Positions 43,701 through 56,318 are shown, numbered from the stretch's first letter. The stretch is DNA of 64,000 nucleotides from Paramoeba atlantica (GCA_977017575.1 CDRNVI010000047.1:299952-363951); one strand, 5' to 3'. Notes: a model not told the origin generated them from the sequence alone. A program made the numbers and translations.

Positions 43701-45112
43701 CCAAAGGTGCTCTGAATTCAGAGCACAGAGTGCAAACTGACATTCCGATGGCACGCTTAGTTTTACAGAAATTGTCGAACATGACACATCGAAAGATGGA
43801 AGTTTCAATCGAAATGGCAACTGTCTTTTGTCTCGGCCAACCCTCCGAGTACATGAGCCATAGCTTCACATGGATCAATATGGACCGTGTAATGAAGTTC
43901 CTGGCAAATATCTCAAGTGAGTCAGATCACAGAGATCTAGAAATCAGTGACGATGATTCGTCACAAGACTCTGATATGGAGTTCGACAACGGTATCTTAG
44001 AGGCTCCTCTAATGATCACCGAACATGATTGTGCAGTTATTGCACCACTCCATGTGCGTTACATGCACAGGGGCGAAGATCTTCAAGACCTTGACCTGTA
44101 TTCCTATGCAGGCATTGTCAGCGTAAAGAAGAAAAGAGCTGAACTAGCTCAAGAAGAGCCCGATCATGATTCAGATTTTGAGTCAGGGACAAATCGAAGA
44201 CGTCGTCGCGGACGTCGTGCTAATGGGAGATACGCCTTTGAGGAAATTGAAGGCCTCCCGGAATTTGAGCCTGGAGATATTGTTGAGCAACAGGTGCGCT
44301 CTTTGCACACTGTGCCAGCTATACCAGTTTTTCCCATATTGAGTTCTTCAAAAGAACCTGGGGCACGAGCTCGAAGCCAGCTTCGAGTAGCGAAACACAT
44401 GGTGGTATTGCTTTCCCCATGGAAGGAAGGCTCACCGAGCCATGAAATGACCCTAGAAGGGTTTGAAAATGCTTCGAAGAATACAGAGAACGCGGCAAAT
44501 TTGTTTCGACGCAAAGGTGCTTGCACTCTGGAAGAAACAAGATTAGCACGCAACATTGCGTACGAAAATGAGCTTGAAGTGCGAGAATGAGCTTGAAGAT
44601 GGGGTTGAACCCCATCTTCAAGATGCTCTTGAAGCACAGCAGAACACTGCAGTGGTCAATGAAGAGCGATTGGTTCAGCAGAATGCACACTACGAACTAC
44701 AAATGCGAACTTTAACGGCCGCGTTAGGAGGTTCTACTGAGAACTCCTCTGAAGGAAATGTTGATCTTGCATCGGCAATGACAAGGACGAGGTCCAATAT
44801 TTCAGTCATAAATTCGGGAGAGCGCTATGCTGAAATGATTCAAAACGAACGACTTGCAACTTCGGCTCAATCTGAGCCAAGTGCACCGGTGGACAGAGCT
44901 CATTTTAATGAGGATCGTCCAATGGCTCGCAGTAATCAATACGAAGAGATTACGTTCGATCGCAGCTACGTATTGCGCGAAGACAACAGTTCTATTGAAC
45001 TGAATCAAGCACAGAAACAGTGCGTAAATCAAATTGAAGATTTAACGGAAAACTAGACCCCGAGCGGAAATGTATGTTTCTGCTCGGTGGCCCCGGAACC
45101 GGGAAAAGTCTA
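40790..45112 (+). mobile_element. Helitron2-like RepHel, copy B (frameshifted, truncated just after Walker A)
   Basis: ORFs 41159-41932, 41996-42277, 42274-43350 (HUH motifs), 43691-44590 and 44556-45056. Confidence 0.85.
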
Positions 45113-45149
45113 GCTTTGAAGAAGAAGAAGAAAAAGAAGAAGAAGGAAG

Positions 45150-46207
45150 ACTGCCTGGGTGTTCCGAAACACCTCTTGAAAAAGAGGCTATGACCAAGCA
45201 TGTAACACAACATTGCCAAGGAATGCATTTATGCATTCCTTGTAATTACTTTGCTATCTTGCAAGAATTTCCGCCAGTAATGGTGGATACGACTCACGCG
45301 AATTCTCTGAAACATCGGGAAATGGCGTATCTGCATCCTAAACGGGAGCTTCACGTAAGTTTCTCCATTGGATCGTGCTGAATGTATGTATGTGCACCCC
45401 ACGCCATACGTAAGCAAAGTGTCAAATCTATGATGCGACACATACTCAGTATGGGACACCCTTCACAGGTGCCCCCGACTGATACGAATGTTCCTGTGTG
45501 CGAAGTATGTGCGTATTTCGCACAGATTCGGGGAACAACGGGTATTATCCCAGCAGATGAATACCATTTGTTATCAAGCGAGCATACACGTTATGTTCAA
45601 ACAAAAGTCGACTGGATCGAATTTGCCCTCCCCTGCGAACAGAACAAGTTCAAGTGCACTTTGTGCGCTACCGAACAAATGTTCACGTTTAAGGGGCTTC
45701 AAAAGCATTTTTACCGTCATCCGCGGCATACTGAAGCTCGGGCTTTCCGACTTCGAATCACACAAGCTGAGCGTAACAGAGTTCATGCAATATCACAGGA
45801 TGATGAGCTGGAACGTGTGAAGCAATGCTCCACGCTAACGCTCACATCTTTTCAACTGATTGAGAATATTCTCATCAATTCACACATTGTTTGTGATGAA
45901 ATCCTCCAAAACGATGGAGATAAAAGATGCTCTATTCAGAGATATCATGATGGACATAACGTCGTTTACGTCAAAGGCAATGGCGATACTCTCGCCATGG
46001 TATGTCTGACTAAACGACGAGTGTTCACATACAATTGCACATCTTCTATGGAAACACAGATAGCGGCAATTCGAACAGTCTACAATATTGGAAGCATGGC
46101 TACTACGCCAGTTCCTTTAGTAGGAAACGATGAAGTTGAGCTCACCCTTGGAGCCATAGCCTACACTATCACGCAAGACCGTGATTGGCCGAAACGGACA
46201 GAACGTG
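45150..46207 (+). pseudogene. Internal fragment of the zinc-finger gene (retains modules missing from 38589-40760)
   Basis: KHVTQHCQGMHLCIPCNYF, MMRHILSMGH..CEVCAYF and KCTLC..KHFYRH. Truncated by a MITE. Confidence 0.75.
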
Positions 46208-46413
46208 ACCCAGGTTGAAGGGGACGAGGGAGATACCAATAGTGCAAGTGCGGCAGTTTCCCTCGGGAAAAACGGCATCTCCACCTTTTTCGGAGCCTTG
46301 CCTTCATGCCATAAGGGAGATACCGTATTTCCTGTGGGAAACTGTCGCACCTACACTATTGGTATCGCCCTCGTCCCCTTCGACCTGGGTTACATAGTCA
46401 AAACATGTTCCCT
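46208..46413. mobile_element. Long-TIR MITE family, copy 3
   Basis: acccaggttgaaggggacgagggagataccaatagt ... actattggtatcgccctcgtccccttcgacctgggttacatagtc, related to the 13551-13768 TIRs. Confidence 0.7.
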
Positions 46414-46495
46414 CTGGAAAATTGGGGTTTGCAAATCGCTTTGCAAAAAAAAGAGGGGGCGCTCGAGTGGTCCTAAAGGTGCGTTTTTTTCTCCT

Positions 46496-49400
46496 GCAAC
46501 TGTCACGAATGTGACGAATGCTAGCACTATTGACAGTGCAGCATATGCTAGATGTGTGAAAATACCATCTTTCACACAAACGAAATATGAAAAGAATCTT
46601 CAGCCAATGAACTTCGGTGCTGGCTTGAACGATGTTGCATCGCGAAACGTATTGTCAATTTTGACACATACGAAGTCAATGGAGATGGCTCACGTCGAAC
46701 ACGTTTTGACATTGAGCGCAATCCAAAAGACGCACTCAAATACTTCTATGAGACTTCCTACATTGATCGTCTTCCTTTGGAAGATTTTTCAGTCAGTACG
46801 GAAGCTCAAGAAGAGTGCATGAAAAGGTACAAAAAGAGAATGAACGACGATCAACGTATCGCAAGTTGTGATACAAGTTGTGATTCTTGTAAAGTTATTC
46901 TTCTCGAAAGTGACATTCCGAATCCCGAAGCGCAACTTTGTGCAAGGGATCAAAGAATAATGGACAAAAAAGGGAGAATTCCACGCGGTCCAGTAGAACA
47001 ACCTTCTACAAATCACCTTCCAGTACCCACGCTGGTAGAAGAGATCCTTCTTCAAAAGGTGTTTTTACACTGCACAATCATCAGTGTATATAGGAAAGGT
47101 GGCGCATATGCCGCATCCTTAAGGCCGGACACGAAATTCACTGGATATGCGACGGCTACAGCACGCGAAACCCTTGAGCTCTTGCAACTCGAAAGAGTTC
47201 CTGATCTCGAGGGCGCGATTAAGAACATCCAAATTGTTTGGATAGCCAACGAACGGAGAACGAAACGTAGTCAAAGACTATGTTCTGCACATCTGAGTGG
47301 CATATTCGGGGTGAAATCAGAGACTCCGAACACCTGGGTACACTTCCTCTGTGAGCATAACCACGTGTATGCTCAACTGAAAGAGGAAGGAAAGATCAAC
47401 GTTGTTACCGAGCAACATTGTAGAGACGTTGTCTCACATCTTTGGGATAGATCTGTTTCCCAGGAAGGTGAAAACGCCATAAACAGTATGGTCACCCAAG
47501 CAGTGGCTTCCGATACGTTACATCGCGATCCTCGCGGTGAGATCACATGATCTTTTGTAACTGATCACAGCCCTGTAAGCAATGCGCCGGCGGGTGCGCA
47601 AATTACGCATGCCGTGGCGATGCAACTGAAACAAAAAGAAGGTTTACTCAATGAGTATACCGACATGGAAAACATCTTGCTCGGAGCATTTCCGACGCTG
47701 ATGCAAAAGTACCCTTTTAAGGGTTCAACGTTTGAACTATATGAAATCAAGGAAATTCTAGAGCAATCGGATTCCCGATTTGCAAAGAATGCTGGATTCA
47801 TATTTTACTGCTACGATGTGCTTCGGCGCCGTGCAGTCTCATCAGCAGTAGTGCAAAATCTGAAGTATAACAAAGATACGCACAGATGTTCGTGAATTTT
47901 TGCAATGCTGATGCTTTCCATCACATTGTACAACAGGCTATAAGGAACCCAAACAGTTCCGAGGCGAAACTTCTGGAAACAAAGTTTCTGCCATTTGTGC
48001 AAGTATGCGCAAAAACGATACCCTTTTCGCCAGCAAAGCGAAAGGCATCACAAAGTCAGATCTACGACTTATACAGGCGATGCGGACTGCCAACTTACTG
48101 GATCACAGTGAGTCCAAACATGAACGATAACGTTCTAGATTTAAGAATCTTTACGAATGATGAGAGCGAGAAAATGCAGGAAATGCGGGCCAACCTTCTC
48201 AAGCGGTCTGAGCTTGTGCCATGGTATCCTGTCAGATCCACTAGAATTTTCAAACGGCAAATCCGTACTCTTCTTACCGAATTGTACGGAATGTCGAACG
48301 TAGATGAGGTAAAGAAAGAATGTGACGTTCTTGAAGGCCTCTTTGGTCGCCATCGAGCATTTTTTGGTGTTGTAGAATGCCAAAAAAGAGATGCTCTACA
48401 CTTTCATAGTGTACTATGGACGAATCTGAGTCCACATTACGTCTCCGAATTAATTCACATTGTGAAGGAGCACGATGGTCTCGCGAAGTCTTTGGGTACG
48501 ACGATGCTCGCTGATCTGCCCGAGTGGGCGCAAAGGATCAGTAAGGAGCTTTACGGCCCCGCAACGCTAGACTACTCAAAGATGTATCGCGGAGGACTAC
48601 ATATTATTCCTGATGAAAAGGATGATTATTTCAGGGAACATGTGTCCAAATGTGCTGCTGATGTTCAGAAGCACGTTGGTCACAGACCCATGTGTTTCAA
48701 AATGAATGTAAATATAAACAAGAACAAATGCCGATATGGCATTCCATCCGTACTTCATGAAAATGAAACGGAAGTTCGAGAAGTTGAGGTTCAGATGGAT
48801 GAATCTGGACAACCGGAATTCCGGTTCAAGCCTCCAACACGGCCGATTAAAAATGACACCATTTGGCCAGTACTTGATGAACGGTCTCTGATTGTGCTTC
48901 TGCGCAATAACCAGGGCCCGACACAAGACACTAATTGGGGATCCATAAAATTCCGTTCCATAAAATGAAACACTCACTGCTTGCGTAAGATGCAATACAT
49001 GTGTAGTAGCGAAGGCCCCGGCGTCGTTAGTGGGAAGCAATTTGCGAAGCCCATGTGTCCAAATGTGCTGCTGATGTTCAGCAGCACGTTGGTCACAGAC
49101 CCATGTGTTTCAAAATGAAAGCCGAAGGGGTGGTATGGCGAGGGCCCGCGTGAGCGGGCCTGGGCCATACGCGGCGTCGTTAGTGGGAAGGAATTTGCGA
49201 AGCCCCGTTTGACAACAACCCCCGCTTTTTAACGAAGCAGCTAGCACACCGACATGAGCAAGGACATTGGTCCACCTGTGTACATTGTACCAGCACTTCG
49301 CGTAGCCAATGGCCACCTCCAAAGGTGCTCTGAATTCAGAGCACAGAGTGCAAACTGACATTCCGATGGCACGCTTAGTTTTACAGAAATTGTCGAACAT

Positions 49401-50195
49401 GACACATCGAAAGATGGAAGTTTCAATCGAAATGGCAACTGCCTTTTGTCTCGGCCAACCCTCCGAGTACATGAGCCATAGCTTCACATGGATCAATATG
49501 GACCGTGTAATGAAGTTCCTGGCAAATATCTCAAGTGAGTCAGATCACAGAGATCTAGAAATCAGTGACGATGATTCGTCACAAGACTCTGATATGGAGT
49601 TCGACAACGGTATCTTAGAGGCTCCTCTAATGATCACCGAACATGATTGTGCAGTTATTGCACCACTCCATGTGCGTTACATGCACAGGGGCGAAGATCT
49701 TCAAGACCTTGACCTGTATTCCTATGCAGGCATTGTCAGCGTAAAGAAGAAAAGAGCTGAACTAGCTCAAGAAGAGCCCGATCATGATTCAGATTTTGAG
49801 TCAGGGACAAATCGAAGACGTCGTCGCGGACGTCGTGCTAATGGGAGATACGCCTTTGAGGAAATTGAAGGCCTCCCGGAATTTGAGCCTGGAGATATTG
49901 TTGAGCAACAGGTGCGCTCTTTGCACACTGTGCCAGCTATACCAGTTTTTCCCATATTGAGTTCTTCAAAAGAACCTGGGGCACGAGCTCGAAGCCATCT
50001 TCGAGTAGCGAAACACATGGTGGCATTGTTTTCCCCATGGACGAAAGGCTCACCGAGCCATGAAATGACCCTAGAAGGGTTTGAAAAGCTTCTCAATGAA
50101 GCGAAAATAAATACGCCTGGAAAGTATGACATAATGTGCAACTTTCTTCGGCTTTTACATGCTTCGAAGAATACAGAGAACGTTGTGTACAGAGA
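46496..50195 (+). mobile_element. Helitron2-like Rep region, copy C (direct repeat of 40878-44467, offset 5618 bp)
   Basis: Near-identical ORFs offset by exactly 5618 bp (41159/46777, 43691/49309). Confidence 0.9.
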
Positions 50196-50702
50196 ACATT
50201 GTGAAGGAGCACGATGGTCTCGCGAAGTCTTTGGGTACGACGATGCTCGCTGATCTGCCCGAGTGGGCGCAAAGGATCAGTAAGGAGCTTTACGGCCCTA
50301 CAACGCTCGACTACTCAAAGATGTATCGCGGAGGACTACATATCATTCTTGATGAAAAGGATGATTATTTCAGGGAACATGTGTCCAAATGTGCTGCTGA
50401 TGTTTTTCAAAAAAGTCAGATCACACAGAACTAGAAATCAGTGACGATGATTCGTCACAAGTCTCTGAGTTCGACAACGGTATCGTAGAGGCCCCTCTAA
50501 TGATCACCGAACATGATTGTGCAGTTCTTCTCCTATGCAGGCATTGTCAGCGTAAATAAGTAAAGAGCTGAACTAGCTCAAGAAGAGCCGGATCATGATT
50601 CAGATTTTGAGTGCGGGACAAATCGAAGACGTCGTCGCGGACGTCGTGCTAATGGGAGATACGCCTTTGAGGACATTGAAGGCCTCCCGGAATTTGAGCC
50701 TT

Positions 50703-52763
50703 TATATTGTTGAACAACAGTTGCGCTCTTTGCACACTGCGCCAGCTATACCAGGTTTTCCCATATTGAGTTCTTCAAAAGAACCTGGGGCACGAGCTCG
50801 AAGCCAGCTTCGAGTAGCGAAACACATGGTGGTATTGTTTTCCCCATGGACGAAAGGCTCACCGAGCCATGAAATGACCCTAGAAGGGTTTGAAAATGCT
50901 TCGAAGAATACTGAGAACGCGGCAAATTTGTATCGACGCAAAGATGCTTGCACTCTGGAAGAAGCAAGATTAGCACGCAACATTGCGTACGAAAATGAGC
51001 TTGAAGTGCGAGAGGTTGAACCTCATCTTCAAGATGCTCTTGAAGCACAGCAGAACACTGCAGTGGTTAATGAAGAGCGATTGGTTCAGCAGAATGCATA
51101 CTGCGAACTACAAACGCGAGCTTTAACGGCCGCGTTAGGAGGTTCTACTGAGAACTCCTCTGAAGAAAATGTTGATCTTGCATCGACAATGACAGTCATA
51201 AATGCGGGAGAGCGCTATGCTGAAATGATCCAAAACGAACGATTTGTAACTTCGGCTCAATCTGAGCCAAGTGCACCGGTGGACAGAGCTCATTTTAATG
51301 AGGATCGTCCACTGGCTCGCAGTAATCAATACGAAGAGATTACGTTCGATCGCAGCTACATATTGCGCGAAGACAACAATTCCATTGAACTGAACCAAGC
51401 ACAGAAACAGTGCGTAAATCAAATTGAAGATTTACTAAACGGGAAACTAGACCCCGAGCGGAAATGTATGTTTCTGCTCGGTGGCCCCGGAACCGGGAAA
51501 AGTCTAGTTTCCCGTTTCATAATGCAAGAACTGGGAAGCCAATGTATTGCAATGGCGCCCACTGGGATCGCCGCATCAGTACTGCACTGTTGCACAATAC
51601 ACGCTTCCCTCTGCATACCGATAGGGGCTACTGCAAGAAATTTGAAACATCTTTCAAGCAGTAGCCTTCTACCATACCAACAAAGGTATGAGAAATGTCG
51701 ATTAATCATAGTCGACGAAGTGTCAATGATCAGCAAGTGTTTCCTTGCCTGTATCAACACTAGACTGCAGCAAATCAAAGGAAATGAGCAGCTTCCCTAT
51801 GGAGGCATCAACATGCTCTTTGTTGGAGATTTTTATCAGCTGATACCAGTACAAGGAGCGTCTCTTACCATAGAAGATAGCTCTCCTGGTAATAATCCCA
51901 TTTTTGAGAATATTTTTCAAGTCTCGTATGTGTTTGAACTCAAACAGCAAATGCGAGCACGACAAGATACTGTATTTTCAGATATCTTGCGTCTTCTTCG
52001 AAAAGCTCCCAATGAGGGGTTGAAGAAGTTCATCCAATTGGTAAAACCTCTTACCTCTGAGGACCAAGAAAAGTTCCGCAATGCAATTGTCATTGTTGGA
52101 ACAAATATTGAACGGCACAAGATTAATGTCGCAATCGCAAGAAATTTTGCCAGACGTCACAATTGCCCATTGTTCGCATGGACAGGCGATAACGTCCAAG
52201 GTAAACTCATTGACACACACCCTGAAGCATTTTCTGTATTTGTAAAAGGAGCACCCGGTGTAATCACCGAGAACATTGCTCCTTATACAATGAAAATTGC
52301 GAATGGGACAGTGATTGAAATGAGAGACCTTGTGTCAGACGATTTGTCATACGACACTATTGATGGTGTTCGTTATCTACGAAAAGCCCCTTCTTTTATG
52401 CAATGCATTGAGAAGGGGTCAGGTGTAGAATTTTACGCCAAAAAGGCGCAGCACCATGATAAGGCTTCCTAAGGAAACTTTCAAGTGGAATTGGGATTTG
52501 CCTATACGTATCACAAAGTACAAGGTATCACCGTGAAGAAAGGTGTTATTCTTGACTTGAATGATAAGGCGTGGTCCAAGAGACCGGAACTCGCCAAGCT
52601 CACAGTAGCAATATCCAGGGCACAATGCCTCGATGATATTCGAGTGCTCCCTGGCATGGGCACAGATCGCCCAGGAACACACCTGACTTCAGGTTACCAT
52701 AGGCCTAAATTTCCGGCCATGGAAAAAGCAAATCGGCTTACCGATTTGACTTATCAATTCTAA
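50703..52763 (+). pseudogene. PIF1-family helicase portion of RepHel, copy D
   Basis: GGPGTGKS, IIVDEVSMI, GDFYQLIPV, AYTYHKVQG and VAISRA motifs. Single in-frame TAA at 52470-72. Confidence 0.9.
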
Positions 52764-53255
52764 GAAATTAGATTGAAACGATCTTCTTAGGAAGACCTCT
52801 CTAGGGGGGAAGCACGCTTGATACCGGTCACAAGCCCGGCGTCTTCAGCTTCGGCAGAAGAAGTGCGAGTGACCCCAACGCTCACGCGCCCTCTACCAAA
52901 AAAAAATGTCCCCATCATGGCTGCAGAATTACGCTCCGTCAAAATTGCTTTCAATTTTTTTTATCGAAATTTCAGAAGCTTGTTTGCTTCAAAAGCACCC
53001 ACCGCGGCAGCGGGCCTGTACCCTCTCGAAGGGCGCTCCGGGCGGGCCCTTCAAAAAAAGATATCAGAAGCTTGTTTCCTTCAAAATTACATGTCACGAG
53101 GTAAAGCACCCCCCGCGGCAGCGGGTCTGCACCCTCTCGAAGGGCCCTCCGGGCAGGCCCTTCAAAAACAAGACTTCTACGTTCATGTATTGCTTTTTAA
53201 GTTGAATGTTTCTAGACTCAGCTTGATTTTTTTAAAAACTTTCTTTGAAGTTACT

Positions 53256-53597
53256 ATGGCCTCGGCGGAGAATCAATCAACCAATGGCAACGACATTTCC
53301 GACAAGAAAAGAGATACAAAGCGCAAAAGAGATGATTACTTAGAATCTCTACACGTTTTGCGCTCTGCGCGCGAAGAGCGTGACGAGTGCTCAATCACAA
53401 TAGAATACCTTCCCTCCTCTACGACTAAAGAAGACCTTACCAAGCATTACGCTTCGTATGGTGAAATCGATTGCATAACAATCGTATCAAAAAAAGGACT
53501 GGCGCACGTGTGTTTTAGCACTACGGAAGAAGCGAAGCGCGCATCGAGCGTTTACTTCAAAGGGAAAAAGAAGAGAAACAGATACTTAAATTTCTGA
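53256..53597 (+). CDS. Small RRM-domain protein (113 aa), copy D
   Basis: Same protein sequence as 22261-22602. Confidence 0.75.
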   Translation: MASAENQSTNGNDISDKKRDTKRKRDDYLESLHVLRSAREERDECSITIEYLPSSTTKEDLTKHYASYGEIDCITIVSKKGLAHVCFSTTEEAKRASSVYFKGKKKRNRYLNF

Positions 53598-54269
53598 ATA
53601 AGTGTGTAAGAAGACGTTTGGAAGTGAAAGTTGGTTTAAAATTTTGAATTCATGATTCGAAGGTTGGAGAAGGAAATAAAACACTTTTCTTTCGAGAAAT
53701 TTTCGGCTTAAATTCGTCCACAGCACCGTTTTTTCTTACGATTCATCGCATCAAAGTTTTTCTGTGGTTTTACTTTGTGTCTCGGAAACCCTCTGTAAGT
53801 ATTTGTAACTTCGCATTTTCTAAAATCAAATAAATACAATTGAAACTAAATTTGTTAAAAAAATGTTTACATTTACATAGCAGATCTACATTTGCAGTCA
53901 TCACTTCTTCTATTTTTAGCCTGATCATTCAACAAATATGCTTTTGATGACTGAATTAGTGCATATCCAACGTACTGTCAGAAAAGCGTTCCGACATGGC
54001 ATTAACTGCACCCCTGGCGTAAACCAAATGAATCAAAACGAAGAAGTAAACCCACGAGGTAAATCCCCCCCCCTTCAAAAGCCGGGGTGAATTCAAGGGC
54101 CTTTCAAAAAAAGAGGTCTCCACCCTGCTTCGTTCAAAATCGTGCGAACCGAAGGAAAACACATGTGAGCGGAAATATGCAAAAACAACCCTATTTTTGC
54201 CCAACTATCGGCTCTTTTTGGACCAAATCCAGAATTATCCCTCTGGTCTTTTACTCTCCTGTCAAATAT

Positions 54270-54712
54270 TTCTTTTCTAAGCTCTTCGTTAAACGCGGTA
54301 AAGGAAAAAAATATAAAAGGGGGATCCGGTGGTCCAAAATTGAAAACAAAAATTGAAAAAACTGGGGGGTCTATAGGGGGGGGGGTACGCCTCCCAAAAT
54401 GTCCCATTTTTGATCAAAAAATGCGAAAAAGTAATTTTTGGACACCAAGAGGTCTTTTTGAGTCGTACGAATCGTGTGGGTGGAGTCGCATTCTCGACTT
54501 TAGTGCTCTATATACAAAAATCACCCCATTTTTACCAAAACATCGGCTATTTTTGGCTACAATCCTTCCGTTTTCTTCCGCGTCCCTGGCCAATTTTCTT
54601 TTTTAGGCTCTTCGTTAAACGCGGCGGTAGTTTTCAACGCGAAGAGCGCAGCATGAGTGACTTCTAAGTTGAAAGCAACCACCGCGTTTAACGAAGAGCC
54701 TAAAAAAGAAAT
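54270..54712 (+). repeat. Diverged partial 0.9-kb element ending in a complete cruciform
   Basis: Cruciform 54592-54712 with the conserved spacer gcgaagagcgcagcatgagtgacttctaa. Confidence 0.75.
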
Positions 54713-54729
54713 TATTATATTATATTATT

Positions 54730-55859
54730 AAAACTTCCATCTTTCGATGTGTCATGTTCGACAATTTCTGTAAAACTAAGCACTCTGTGCTCTGAATTCA
54801 GATCGCCTTTGAAGGTGGTCATTGGCTGCGCGAAGTGCTGGCACAATGTACACAGGTGGACCAATGTCCTTGCTCATGTCGGTGTGCTAGCTGCTTTGTT
54901 AAAAAGCGGTGGTTGTTGTCAAACGGGGCTTCGCAAATTGCTTCCCACTAACGACGCCGGGGCCTTCGCTACTACACATGTATTGCATCTTACGCAAGCA
55001 GTGAGTGTTTCATTTTATGGAACGGTGATGTATCCCCATTTAGTGTCTTGTGTCGGGCCCTGGTTATTGCGCAGAAGCACAATCAAAGACCGTTCATCAA
55101 ACACTGGCCAAATGGTATCATTTTTAATCGGCCGTGTTGGAGGCTTGAGCCGGATCTGGCTCTTCTTGAGCTAGTTCAGCTCTTTACTTCTTTACGCTGA
55201 CAATTCCTGCATAGGAGAAGAACTGCACAATCATTTTCGGTGATCATTAGATGGGCCTCTACGATACCGTTGTCGAACTCTATATCAGAGTCTTGAGATG
55301 TTTGCCAGGAACTTCATTACACGGTTCATATTGATCCATGTGAAGCTATGGCTCATGTACTCGGAGGGTTGGCCGAGACAAAAGGCAGTTGCCATTTCGA
55401 TTGAAACTTCCATCTTTCGATGTGTCATGTTCGACAATTTCTGTAAAACTAAGCGTGCCATCGGAATGTCAGTTTGCACTCTGTGCTCTGAATTCAGAGC
55501 ACCTTTGGAGGTGGCCATTGGCTGCGCGAAGTGCTGGTACAATGTACACAGGTGGACCAATGTCCTTGCTCATGTCGGTGTGCTAGCTGCTTCGTTAAAA
55601 AGCGGGGGTTGTTGTCAAACGGGGCTTCGCAAATTCCTTCCCACTAACGACGCCGCGTATGGCCCAGGCCCGCTCACGCGGGCCCTCGCCATACCACCCC
55701 TTCGGCTTTCATTTTGAAACACATGGGGCTGTGACCAACGTGCTGCTGAACATCAGCAGCACATTTGGACACATGGGCTTCGCAAATTGCTTCCCACTAA
55801 CGACGCCGGGGCCTTCGCTACTACACATGTATTGCATCTTACGCAAGCAGTGAGTGTTT
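54730..55859 (-). pseudogene. Scrambled fragments of the Helitron Rep region
   Basis: Several blocks reverse-complementary to 43250-44170, joined by deletions. Confidence 0.8.
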
Positions 55860-56158
55860 ACCCCTTTTTTTACGCCAAATGGGACAGTTGAAATGTACTT
55901 ACCTGGCTCTGACTCAATGAAACGGTAAGTTCCTCCTCCGGTATCATCTACCTGAACAACAGCGTTTTCCTCTGGTGGTGGGCCTACATCTTCAAATTTG
56001 TACGATCTAGTCAAGTAAACCTCCTGATACTTACTTTCATCCGTTAAAACCGCTTCAATGACCAAGACGTCATCAAACTCAAGTGTGGAAGGCTCAAATT
56101 GTTCCACACAACCCAATAATAAAAAGGTAAGGATTATGAGGGCGCTAAATTTTCTCAT
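55860..56158 (-). pseudogene. DUF4249-like lipoprotein paralog 5, truncated at the bacterial/eukaryotic junction
   Basis: MRKFSALIILTFLLLGC lipobox and VLVIEAVLTDE..VYLTRSY match the upstream paralogs. The sequence switches to Helitron DNA at 55859. Confidence 0.85.
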
Positions 56159-56318
56159 CTTGTTCAAAATAAGAAAAATAGCTGATTTCACCCGGCTTTA
56201 AACCCAGAATTGACGAATGCTGCTTTTCAACGGACAAAAGTGGCTTTTGAATCTATAGAAACTTAAACCTGAAGCATTTCGTCTTGTCTTAAATTCTGCT
56301 GGAGTATCTATTATTGAA

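Larger units (their letters stand above)
50196..53763 (+). mobile_element. Helitron2-like 3' half, copy D (inverted repeat of 22094-25665)
   Basis: Shares the same Rep-deletion junction (gctgatgtttttcaaaaaagtcag), helicase and RRM gene with copy A. Confidence 0.9.

Noticed and set aside
52470-52472. In-frame TAA in both helicase copies as stop-codon reassignment
   Set aside because: Host genes in the window end normally in TAA/TGA (2494, 4977, 8525, 9882), and the Helitron copies have many other frameshifts. A shared inherited nonsense mutation is simpler.
3615-54712. Cruciform repeats as CRISPR repeats or spacers
   Set aside because: The copies are dispersed rather than arrayed, the 29-nt spacer is conserved rather than unique, and no cas genes are present.
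55709-56191. Bacterial-eukaryotic fusion protein
   Set aside because: The open frame merely reads across the junction for about 50 codons of scrambled Helitron DNA; there is no evidence of function.
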